A stretch of 64,000 nt of DNA, taken from contig JBNJNM010000009.1 of NCBI GenBank assembly GCA_052426225.1, positions 248,001-312,000 of the forward strand, read 5' to 3'. Below are positions 45,462-57,696 of this stretch, piece after piece; position 1 is the stretch's first letter; each line of letters opens with the position of its first letter. Both the position numbers and the translations under genes were made by a program. This DNA is from Zancudomyces culisetae HAW-14-8 (lineage: Eukaryota; Fungi; Kickxellomycota). Below the pieces are notes generated by a model that saw only the letters and a program-made list of their open reading frames with translations, ran no database searches and was not told the DNA's origin.

Positions 45462-47421
45462 TTATGGAGAGAAATTCTCAACAGCAGATGTAAGCTTAGC
45501 CGCGGCAGCAATGGTAGTAACCAAATTAGATTCCAACTCAGAAACACGCGAGTCGTGTGCTTTAAAGGAATCCTCAAGGTCGGCAGATTTTGTTTGCAAC
45601 GAATCAGTCAGTTGCTTTAAAGAGTCAATTTCCTGTTCGTATGAAGAAATCTTAGACAAAAGCTGAGTATTGGAGGATTCCAATTCAGAAATCTTGGTCT
45701 CCAAAGCAAGTTGGGTTTCCGTTAACGAGTCGATTTTTTTGGAAAGAGCCTCAGAATGCTGATTTATCAGTTCTTGGTAGCCAGAAACGACTTTTTCAAT
45801 TTTTGCATCCAATAAAAATGTATCAACAGCTTCAAGAGGTGGGTAGACGTTGGCTGTGGCAGGAGCCTCTGCAATTTCACGTGATTTTCCAGCTGTGGGA
45901 GAAGGAGGCTCAGAAATGGTATGAGGGCTTTCGACAGCAGATGTGGGAGACAGTACTGGAGATTCTGGATGGGGAGAAGCAAGAGGAGAAAGAGGAGGGG
46001 GAGGAGCTGATGCGCGAGAGGGAGGAGGAGATGATGGGGTAGTCTCAGAACTGACGACAGGGGTGGGTTCGGCGGGGACAAGTTTGGCGATGCCGTTAGT
46101 GTAGATAGACTCAAAGTCAACGAGAACAGGATCAGCAGTGGATCCAGAGAAGTATTGCTCAGAAGAAAGAGCAGCAAGGCCACCGGGAGCAGGAGGATAA
46201 AGATCTGCTTGGAATGACTCGTCCTTTCTTGGAGCTTTGAAGGAGATTGGTTCAATAGAATTGGAGTTGACTGCCTTAAATAATCGCATCAGCTCGATGT
46301 CGCGGACATTGACGCCTCGTTTAGGCATTGCAGCCATTCCTCGTTGGGGATCTGTGGATGTATATTCGTTAATGTAGAACATTTTGGATTTCTCATATTC
46401 GTAATACCTGATGTTTCCATCTCCTTTGCCCGCCAAATACAGCATTTTACTGCTCTCATCATAAAACGGCATTAGAATCCCTGATGATGTATCGATCTCA
46501 ATCGTCAACTCTGGTTTTTCTAGGTTAGCAACATCCCAAACAAACAACTCTCTTCCGCTGGTCCTTCCGAATCCTGTAGTAGCCAACTTTCCTGTACTAC
46601 CTAGCCAAACAACTCGACTGCCCTTGCCTCCTTGATGTGATGGTGCTGTTCCCACTACCTGCTTGGCTCTCAAATCCACTAGTCTCAATTTCTTGTCTCT
46701 GCTCGAGGCTGCAACTAAAGTGCCATTGTAGTTCCAATCAAGAGACTGGATTGTATCCTGAAAACCCCCCACCGCTCCTTTCTCACCCTGATGTTCAATG
46801 TCCCACAACCTAACGCTGTAGTCTAATCCTGAACTAGCTGCTACATTTTCTGCTACCGGATTGAATTTTACATGCCCTACTCTCTTTCCGTGTCCTTTTA
46901 GCTGGGCTAATGGTTTGATGTTTTCCATCTCACCTCCCTCCCGCAATTTCGCCACATCTTCTTTGTAGCCTTCTGGCACTTTCCATATCATCACTCTTGC
47001 ATCCTCTGCACCTGATATTATCAACTCGTCATTAAACGGCGAAAAGTCGGTATCTAAAACCTGTCCGCTATGACCTGTGAACAGTGGTAGATTTGCACTT
47101 AGTTTACCCACTGTCTCAAGTGGTATCACTGCGAACGCTCCTCCGCCACCTGCGTTCCAATTCACTGCTAGGTATTCCTATTATATATCACCCCTTTTTT
47201 TTCAGTACACATCTATTTGCATCTAAAATATACCTGTACAATAAATATATTCAATATCTATGTGAATACCAGATATTTCATGACCAACTTACGGGATTAG
47301 CTACAACGTAATTGGTATCCCACGCATTCGTTGAAAACCTTAGATTCTCATACCACAGATCTTTTTTACTCCCCGTCCCATAAACATGCCTAAATTTACT
47401 TGGTCTTACAAATGAATACAT
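45462..47421 (-). CDS. CRN1: Coronin, 2 exons (47421-47293, 47177-45462), 614 aa
   Basis: FVRPSKFRHVYG..NAWDTNYVVANP|EYLAVNWNAGGGGAFAVIP, WD40 repeats, LAGKGDGNIRYYE, PQRGM..PKR, FQADLYP, Pro-rich linker and C-terminal coiled coil. Confidence 0.96.
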
Positions 47422-50233
47422 TTCTTTTCGTGGTTATCTACTTTGCTGTTTGGAGTTGATTGATGTTGGCTTTTGCTATACTTTTGAGTATCCTTATAAT
47501 ATTAAAAAGGAAATAGCGTATTGATAAAGAATAAACAGCCTAAACAGAAAAAGGCAAATATGTTTAAAACTCTCTTTGAAACGGAGCTTTAATTTTTTTA
47601 TTTTTGTTTTTGCAAAAATGTTATTGTTTGTATATATTTTTTCTTTTTAATGTTACTTTTTGTTTTACTGTCTTTATATTTGCGTTTTCGCCAAAGTTCT
47701 TTATTTTATTAATTTAATTATTTTATTTAATTTTTTGCGGTTGTTAGATTTTTCTGCAGAATTTTGTGAACATTATTTTGTATCCTTAATAAAAATGTTC
47801 CCAATATTTTCTTTCTCTAATCCTAATTTCACTTCTATTTATAATATTGTGTATCCAATAAATTGAAATTGCTGATTATCCAATAAATTCTGAAAACGAA
47901 GAAAAATACCGATGTGCATTTTTCTCTTTAATGATTGAGTCTTGTTTCTCTAAAGAACCGTTCTTTTATGACTTCAATTTCCTACTTTCCTCAAGGTTTA
48001 TAATGAATGCCTCTTAAACTACACAATACGTGTAGCCAATTGGTTCAGGCCTCAAACAAAATGGTCCCACTCGTATGTTACACATTTGGTTTGTTATATT
48101 TTTAACTCTGATAGCTTTTATTCCCCTTTATTTCTTGAGACTGAAAAAAAATCGACCAACCCAAAGAGTAAAATGAGAGAGGGAGAGGGTATGGGAAAGA
48201 AAAAAAAAAGAAAGGAGAAGAAAGAGACTGAATACAGTGTCTCTGATTGTTTAGATTCTCATGGAGCCAGAAACGAAAACTTTGTAGTCGGAACAAAGTG
48301 AATATACGAGAATACTTTATTCACAGTTCTTTCATTATATTTCCTTATGGGTCAAATAATAAACTATAATTACATTTAAAGTCCACACTGAAAAGTACAC
48401 ATCTTGACCCAGTGGTAGGCTAGTAACGGCTTATAATTGTGTTTAAAAACACATCCACCTTAGCAAACTGTGGTTTGCTCTACTTTGTAAAGCTATAATA
48501 GTTTGTTACTACTCTGGCTGAATAGTCATCACCTCCCATAAATCCGAGATAAGTGTTTAATATTGTACCCATGCAATTTCTACCTTTGCAAATCTGTTGA
48601 ACGCCAACATATTAAAAATTGTGGGACTTTTAGTTGAGTAAAAAGTTTGTGTCAAGTAAAAATGGAAATGGAAATGGAAATAAAAATAGCTGAACATCTC
48701 ATCGGCTATGGAATCTGCTTAACCCTATGCCACTAGAACATACTTTTCTGTATCTTGGCTTGGCGCTTAGTAAGTAAAAATGTAAACATACCAACAAATT
48801 CTCCAAGTTGAGAACATGCCTATTGCAAATTGGGTTGCTTTTTGATGTTCATTTGCGCAAAAGTGGTTAATAAAACACGTGCTAATTGCTAGACTGTAGA
48901 ATATAATTAATAACTAAATGTGGATATATCCATAAGTAGTTATTATTACAAACCCTGAGCACGCAAAGTGTTGAATTTGAAAATCGTAACCAATTGTTCG
49001 CGCCACATTTTTTCCGTCTTTTCAGTTTAATTGCTCTATTTAATATCTTCACTCTCCTATTTGAAGCGCTCTGACACGAGATAAAAAGAGGTGCATGAGC
49101 AAAATAAACATTGATATTATATTCCTTTTGATCATTCCTGTTTCCAACATTTTACTGTCTAACTGCTTTTGGTCATTCGATCTCAATTAACCTGATAATC
49201 ACACATTTATAATTTAGTTGTAATAAAAGACTTGGCGAGTTGGAAAATGATAGTAAAACTAAAAATCAATTGGTTGCTTAAATGGTAGATTACTTTTTTG
49301 CGAGGGAGGGAGGGGGCGAGAGAAGAAGGGAAGTCAATAAAGATGCATGAAAGATAAAAGCATTGTTCCAAAATAATGAGCGCAGAAAAAAAAACACGAG
49401 TCGATTGTGTAAAATGAATGAAAACCATATATTTTGGAAATTCTGTTTTTGTATAACTTCAAGATAAAGTCTTAGTAATCAAATATATCTTTGGCGTCTT
49501 GGCATTGCTGTTGCCATCACCATAATACAAATCGTGCACAGTTATTATTCGCTCGCTTTTCTAAAGCAAAACAAAAAAGTGGAAGAACAAAAAATAAGCC
49601 CACGTGTGTTGACTATTTAGTCGTTTTGGGTCATAACACCCTATTTTTTAACTGAATAACAGGGGTTGTTTTAAATGGAAAATTAGAGAAATCTTTTTAT
49701 TCTAATTCGCTCAGCAAATCTTGGTAAACCGTGGAAAAATATTTACCATCAATTCACCAGAACTTTAAAGAAGAGATAGAGATATGGGGGGGGAGAAGGA
49801 CATGAAATATGAAACTGACGATGATTTGCTAATACAAGAAATAAAAAAGCTTGCTTAAAGTTTCATGTATATTTTGATTGAATTTGGGTAGAAACTGGGT
49901 CGGTTAAAAAAATGCATATTTGCCTAAAAATCGACAGGTGAAGTGGTGCTGAGAAAATCGGAAAACACAATTAAATTCCCAATGAAAAGCATCGCCAACC
50001 AAATTTAATCATAAGCAAATAAATACAAAGAGCGGCATAAAAAATATGTATGTTGAACTTATATAAAAAAAAGCACCTGGCATTAAAAATCCCTATATAA
50101 ACCTGAAAAAAAGGCAGTAGAAACTTCTTTCAAACTGTAATAAATATTCTGTCAAGAATTATTTTTTCTAGAGAAGAGTGTAGCCTATTGTTAAGTTTAG
50201 TACATAAAACAAAAAGGAACAAGATAAATAAAG

Positions 50234-51294
50234 ATGTCTTATAACCAAGGATACGGAAACTACCAAGGAGGAGGGTACGGGTATGACCAGGGCGGTTACA
50301 ACCAAGGAGGGTATGACCAGGGAGCATACAACCAAGGTGGATACAATCAAGGAGGATATGACCAGAGCGGTTATAACCAAGCAGGATACAACCAAGGAGG
50401 ATATGGTCAACCAGATCTTGACAGCCTTGATGAGAATCTATCTGTCGAACAGTACGCCGCCATATTTTCGGGAGGATCCGACACTGGGCTTGGAAGAATA
50501 GAAGTCAAAGAAAGTGTTGGTGCTCGTGATCTGGAAGGTTTTGATATGGACCAAATGCAACGTGACTTTGAAGCAATGCAGGCTTTGGAAGGTGGTGATG
50601 ATCGTGGGCTTTTTGGAGGCAGCAGCAAGAGTGGGTCGTACAGCAAGATGCATGCTCTTATAGGTACGTAACTGTGTAATTTTATACTTTCTAGTTTTTA
50701 CCTGTTCCAAGAAGAAGAAAAAACGTGTTTGTGCCTGCTTGAGTGTGGATAAGCGGTGTGTGGGTATTGCACCCATAAAAATCACAATGCTGCGTGCGTT
50801 TATTGTAAACACCTGACATTTCAATCAAGCATCTACATGTCCTAATTTTATATTGACTATTATTATTGTTTTTTATATTAACATTGGCGTTGTAAAACTT
50901 TGTAGCTGGTGCCGCTGCATACCAGGCAGTTAAATACTTTGAAAACAAGCAAAAGAAGCAAGGAAAAAAGATGTCTCACTCCACACTCAAGAAGATGGTC
51001 GCAGGTTTTGCTGCTGCCATGGCAGTTAAGCATTTCGAAAAAGCCGGAAACATGCAAGCTGGACTTACACGTGATGTTGTTGCTCAGCAAGCTGCTGACA
51101 GAGCCATTGTTGGATTGGAATCACAGATTGCAGATTCATCCCAGCCACAGTACAATTATAGCAACTATGGTGGCGGAGAAGCTTCTTCGTATGATAATCA
51201 AGGAGGGTATGACCAAGGCGGCTATAATCAAGGCGGTTATAATCAGGGTGGTTATAATCAGGGTGGTTATGGTGGATACAACCAGGGCTACTAA
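50234..51294 (+). CDS. CipC/DUF3759-like protein flanked by Gly/Tyr/Asn/Gln repeats, 2 exons (50234-50663, 50906-51294), 272 aa
   Basis: Spliced core [49 protein letters not shown] resembles the CipC family pattern. GY(N/D)QG pentapeptide arrays at both ends. Phase-1 GTACGT..TGTAG intron; TATATAAA at 50094-50101. Confidence 0.8.
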
Positions 51295-52087
51295 TCCATC
51301 ACACCCTCTTCTTTTCTGGAGAAATTTGTTGAGGAATAAGGCTTTCTTTTTAGCACTTTGACTCGTATATTTATGTCCTTAACCAGGATGTTTTCACTTT
51401 ACTATTACTACTATCGTTACTACTACCGCTATTACTATGACCTTATATAATGGTTTTTAATACTTCATTTATCAATAATTATTATTATTATTTTAGCAAA
51501 ACTAATTTTTAAAAGATCTAATCGGTTTTTCTTTGTTTATTTGAGTGGTGGTACCCCCTCCCCCTTCCCTCTCTTTCCAAGAAACGTGTGCTAAAAAAGC
51601 ACACCATCTATAACTCATTAGATATTCGGGGTGGGGGTGGCCAGGCTGGAGGTGGTATTTGGGTGCTACACACTACCCCCAAACCACCAAGTACACGATA
51701 ATTACCTGATAAGCTTAGTACGTTTTTGTAGACACTCTCATTAGTTTGAAACCAGAAAATTGTATTTATAGTTTTGACCATACTAGAAATCTAAAGTAAA
51801 TATAAGGCTAATGGTATAATGTTGCAAGCTTTAAAGCCAAAGTAAATGACAAAAATCAAAACGCAAGATTTTAAATGGTATTTCGACTGCTCCCCATACA
51901 AACAAATCGTTCGTAATAGTGCTTAAATATACACCAGGTCAATAAATTTTGGGAGGTTTTAGATATACACCATGCAGCTGGATAAACAGAAACGTATCTG
52001 CCTGCTTGCTCCCCCCTCCCCTTTTCCTTTTTGTTTCTATTTCTGGTATAGACCAGTATCACTTGGTACACACCTATCATGAATAAA

Positions 52088-53699
52088 TTACAGCCCTCTC
52101 CTTTTAAAGATACCCAGGAACCGGGCCTTGAATTTACCTTTAGGTTTGGTTTCCTCAACATCAATAAGGTTCTGACCACGCAAAAGCTTCCTTTTGATGC
52201 TTGTAAGTTTGGTCCGAAACTTTGTGAATGAGCCATTCTTGGAGATGGATGGATTTTTCATTATAGGTGACTCTGTCAATCGTTCCTGCTTTTTTAAGAT
52301 CGAAATTAATCCCTTTTCAGCATTATCGTTCTTTTCAATATACTTAGACTGTCTCAGTTCATTAAACATGCTGTTGACAACATGGGATTCTATTTCGGCA
52401 TTTTTTTTGCTCATGAGCTCTATTGCTGAAACTGCAGACTGGTCAACTTGATAAAACCCCTGGGCCGGGTCAATTTCAAAGACTGATTTAGAATATACTT
52501 TTGTTCTGAGCAATTCTGGATTTAAAAGATCAGACGATGGTAGTACATATCCCTGTGAAAACTTTCTGGAAAGATCTGGAATCGGTTCCATATTGATAAA
52601 TTCAGAAGTTTCAGAGCCTTCATCATCATCACGGCCATCTGCCGAGTTTTTGGTATTTTCAATAGTGTTACCAGCACTATTCTCGTTCTGAGGAATATCC
52701 AATTGATCGTTATCGTCTTTAAAAACGAACAATAAACTATGTGTCTGCTCTTCAGCCTGTACTTTTTCCTGCATCTCTACGTCGTGCAAAGTAGTGTCCC
52801 AAAGCAGACTGTAATCATATTCGGTATTTGTAGGTTCGTATGCAGTTTTGGCGCTAGCGAGTGTGTCATTTTCTTGTGTGACTGGGGTTATTACATCCTC
52901 ACCGATATCTTGATAATCAGATTCTACAGAGGTATGTTCTGGAGATCCAGCCTCTTCACTTATAGATCTTTCATCAACCAAGCTCTTAGAGTATGTTACA
53001 GTGCTGGCATTACTATTTGACCTTTCACTGCCGTTGTACCTATTGGTACTGGGTGTCGTTTCTTCATCACTAACATTTTTGTCACTAGTTCTACATTCGT
53101 TTGTGGCAATGTCCTTTTCTATAAATGAATTCGCTTTGGTTAACCTTGACGTATCAATATACACACCTTTGTTATGCGTTGTGCTTTGTGAATAGCGTTC
53201 AGATAAACCCTGCATTTTGGTTTTTTGCTTCCTCTTTGTAGATAGTTCATGCATATCTATTGACCTGAGTACATCCCACTATGGAATTTTAAGGTATAGT
53301 CGAGTAAGTTGTATGGTTTTAATTACTTTTTTTTTTGTGTAGTAGTAAGAATGATAAACTACATAGATTTTCAACATAATAATGAAAAGTTAAATGGATA
53401 GCGAACATCACAGTAAGTGTTAAAAAGTTGGCTAAAGAAAAATTGTATACAAAGACGATGGGAATCAAGAAAGAAATTATTCTTACCATAATTGGATCTA
53501 CACAGTTGTTGAGAACACTAGCACTATCTTTTCTTTGTATGTTTGACCGCATCTTGCCATTCAAAAGTTTTTCTTGAGAACGTTCTCTAAATAACTTGGT
53601 CGGACTTTTATACGTTGTTGGACTATGGTCGGCATAATACAGCTGCATTAACTTTGAAAGACTTCCGTCTACATTTTCATTTTTTTTTCGAGTGGACAT
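52088..53699 (-). CDS. Hypothetical protein, 2 exons (53699-53487, 53278-52088), 467 aa
   Basis: Phase-0 intron GTAAGA..CATAG joins CVDPIM|WDVLRSID. Acidic disordered middle, basic C-terminus. Confidence 0.7.
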
Positions 53700-55671
53700 T
53701 TTGTGGGTAGAAATGATAACGCTATACTGTTCTCATCGATTTACTGACTCTTATTGTATTTACTCGAGGTTTTAAAGATTTACTCTATACTAGGTGATAG
53801 AGGTGGATCTGAGGCTAATTTATGTTTAGATATTTCCATATTTTCCAGACACTGCAAAACGTACTGTATTTATAGGATGGTAGGGAAAAAAAAACTTTTT
53901 TACAAAACGCTGCAAAGTATACTTTTGGCTGAAAGCTATATCTGTGTCATTTCCTTTCTTCCCGATGCTTTGTCTCTTCCCCTTTTCTCGCCTATAGCTA
54001 AATACCGTGTTTTAGGCTCTAGCTTAACATTTTGCATTGTTTACCGAAAACACTAGCAGTTTTAGCTAAAACAAACAATAAAGACCGAGTGATACGTGTT
54101 AAGCAAAACCAAAGTCGCTGACCATGTATTTGAAATCTTCGTATATTTTTTTAATTTTTTGTTGAACTAATATACAAAACAAGGAAGTATTAGAGATTTA
54201 CGAGTCTAAAAATAGAAGCAGAGATTGATGCGGTATATGAAAAAGGCTAAAGTGAAAATAATAACTGTCAATAAATTTTTTTATTATAAACTGTACACTG
54301 AATCAAATACGTACTTTGTAATAGAATCTTTTGGGTAAATGCTAAACTGTTGTATTTATTGGCATTTACTGTATTAATTAAAGTTTTTGTTACGTTTTCA
54401 GTTGAAAGTTGATTTTTTATGATTTACAGATAGTACCATTTCACATTGGAGTACCTAAATTTGCAAAGAGTGTAAAGGTTGCAACTATTCGATGAGTAAT
54501 AATAATATTTGAACTTTTATTAACATGGTGTCTATATCATACACATGAATTATTAAATAAGCTCATTGGTGAGTACTATTCCATCTTTGTTGCCAAAAAC
54601 ATCCGGTACATCAGTTTTTAGTTAATATTTTTTATTTTTCAACGACAAATATAAAGTTGAATCTCACAAAAATAATCGTTTATAAACATTATCTTGAAAA
54701 GGAAATAATGCAAACACAAGAAATATAAAGCACAGTTACAGTATTTAAATTTCTATAATATTGTAACACTAAGCAGGCAGCTTTGAGGGGTGTAAGTTGA
54801 AGTTTTGTTTATTATTTGAAAGACTAACCAATATGAGGCATAACAAGTGGAGGGTATAGTTCAGCAGCAAATGATACGTTTATATAAAAACAGCTGTTTC
54901 AAGCTCAACTTGCTTGCACCCGGCTTCATCAACGGTTATTGTTAGGTAAATGTGCTTTTTTTGAAAAAGTGATGGTACAAGGGCGGAAAAAGAATGATGG
55001 TTACATCTGAGCAGAATCAGGTTTTACCAGGTATTATGTGTTGTAATATTTCTAAATCACCAATTAAAGTGGTGATTAATCATTACAGTACGGTAATTAC
55101 GAATTGAGGAGATGATGAGGGGGTGAGAGAGAAGGGTGTATCGTTTGTTTTCAATCAAACTTTAAAAACATGACTCACATCAGTTGAAGAGTAAGAACGC
55201 ACAAAAGCAAAAAAGTAGTAATATTATTGGATATGCAAGTATAAATTACTAGGGTAGTGGAACGTAGGGATAGTTGTAGACGGTCCTACCCTTACTAGCT
55301 TTATCTTTGAAGAGAAGTGTTTACGTACACATTTAACTTTGACACACTCGAAATCAGATGCCACACAACATCGTCAGCAAATTACTGGAGTTAAAGCAAA
55401 CCCTGGATGAAGAAGATGATTGGACAGGAGCAAGTTGGCAAATAAGTTACAGAAAGCGGGTCTTGTTATTATGCCTAGAAAAACTATGAGCTTTTCCAAA
55501 GCAAATTGATAAGCAAGAAAGAAAAATAGAAAACATTTATTTTGAGCAATTGAAACTGAGCCTTGATTCCAAACAAAAAAAATAAAAAGAGAAAAAGCAG
55601 CCTAATTCATATACATAGATATCCACAAGATAAAACAAAAGCATCAACAAGATATATCTAACCATAGCACA

Positions 55672-56055
55672 ATGTCAAGAGCAATCCTAATAAGAGCAGG
55701 GTTACTAGGAGCGACTGGAGTTTCTCTGGGTGCGATGGGGGGTCACGCATTGAAGCAAAGATTACAGGCGAGAGACAAAATGGCTAGCTGGGAGATCGCA
55801 GTCAGGTACCAAACATTTAGTGCTGCAGCGCTTTTGGGATTATATGCAATAACATTAGCTGGAAATGGAGGGAGAGGCATGAAGAAGATCAGGATAGCTG
55901 CTGAGTTAATTACAGTGGGATCAGTAATGTTTTCAGGAAGTATATACTGGCTATCTTTAAGCGAAGAGGGTAATAAGATAAGAAGAGTACTGGGCCCAAT
56001 GACACCTCTAGGAGGCCTGGCGATGATTGCTGGCTGGCTTGCCCTCTTGTTCTAA
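55672..56055 (+). CDS. TMEM256: TMEM256/DUF423 (UPF0382) small membrane protein, 127 aa
   Basis: GATGVSLGAMGGH, WEIAVRYQ, GSVMFSGSIYWL, LGPMTPLGGLAMIAGW. Confidence 0.88.
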   Translation: MSRAILIRAGLLGATGVSLGAMGGHALKQRLQARDKMASWEIAVRYQTFSAAALLGLYAITLAGNGGRGMKKIRIAAELITVGSVMFSGSIYWLSLSEEGNKIRRVLGPMTPLGGLAMIAGWLALLF

Positions 56056-56276
56056 TGGGTGGCTTTTTTTTAAGAAACAAAACAACTCGCGAAAAGGTTA
56101 GAAAGATTAGTGATGATAAAGCAAACAGGGACCAAGAAAAACAAAGGGATGTTGAAGTGATGAGAAAGGAAGAGAATCATGAAATTAACAAGAATGCTGT
56201 AACAGGGGGTAGATTGAGAGTGAATAAATTAACATATAACAAAACAAATATGTACCATCTAAGGTTTATTTAAAGA

Positions 56277-57696
56277 TCAAACAAAATATGATTTCCCTAA
56301 TTCATAAGAAGATATCATTATAGCACAAGCAGGAGCTATCTTCATGAGCCTTGGAGCTAAACCGGCATATAGGCTTTTGTAACCTTCATTTTCAACCAAT
56401 TTTTTCAGCACGATTCGCAACTTTCTTGACTCTATTTTTTGTTTTGTTTTTGTTAATAAAAGATTAATAAAAGTCGAGTAGATAAGTTTAAGTTTGATAT
56501 ATGAGGAGGGTTGAATATGTAATAACAATAGAATGAATAAATACCTTGTGAAGAGGATTCTGACTGATATAAAGTCTTCGCCACATCAAATGGGTTAGTC
56601 AGAATGGCAGCAATAGAACCTGACACAGCACCCGAGACAAAAGATGTTACAAATCCAGGACCGAGTTCGAGGTTGGATACAAAAAGGTTGTATGCAGGGT
56701 TGGATAAAAGGGAAGATTTGATCCTCTCATAACTAAACCAGTAGATCGAGGAAAATGGTACATCACGAAGCAGAGTGGGACCCAGTCCGCGGTACATAGA
56801 TTTGAGCCCATTTGTTCTAACAGAAGCCACGACACCACGGAATACAGTGGTGAGATTGTGGGACGAGCTTGATTGGAGTTGAGTACGCATCAGCTCAAGC
56901 GGACTAATTAGCGTGACTGCGAGGGTTCGGGCAAGACATCCGGTAACCAGTGGGACATATGGATCAGTTGCTGCCAGCTTTGGATATTTTCGTACTTCTG
57001 TTGATACATAATTACGTAGCATATCATATCCAACAAAATATACAACAGTAGAGGGCAGTCCAGCTGTGAGGCCTAGCCCCAACCCACTCCACAATCTCAG
57101 GATCCCTTCATTTTGGGCTATCATTTTGAATCCACTAACTGTCCCAGTAATTCTCTGCCTTCCAACGTCTGATGCAACTTTTTGTGGCATGGCGGCAACA
57201 GTAGCGTAACAAGTACCTGCGCCTCCGCCATTACCCACCCGTATGCCTAATAAGTGTCTTTTATCTTGCATTAGTTCCACTTTTCTATTATTTAGCTGTA
57301 CTGTACACACACAATCTTTGTTCGTCATACCACCTCCCACTGATGATCTTTGGGATATCTCGCACATCCGGGCATACAAGTTCCTTCCACCGCTGCCTCT
57401 TTTACGAGAAACTTCAAATGTATCGCTTTTATTGATGGTTTTTGAATTTCCTCCTTTATTCATTGTCTGCGCCTGCATCCGCGTTTTTACCACGTCGAAA
57501 GGTGTCACTACACAAAAAAAATAAAGAACCCGATAAATAATTGGTAACATTGAGTCATAGAACTAATAGATATGATTATATAAACTCAGACCGTAGCAAT
57601 ATTAAGGTACTTACTTAGCATGGCTGTCACGCTTCCACCCATAATCGCAGACAACATTCTTCCGTATAATGGCACTTGTACTTCAGAATTGCTCAT
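56277..57696 (-). CDS. MTM1: Mitochondrial carrier Mtm1/SLC25A39-40 family, 3 exons (57696-57615, 57507-56545, 56431-56277), 399 aa
   Basis: Three carrier signatures ([30 protein letters not shown]), plus [23 protein letters not shown] and [14 protein letters not shown] typical of this subfamily. Both introns are phase 1. Confidence 0.92.
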
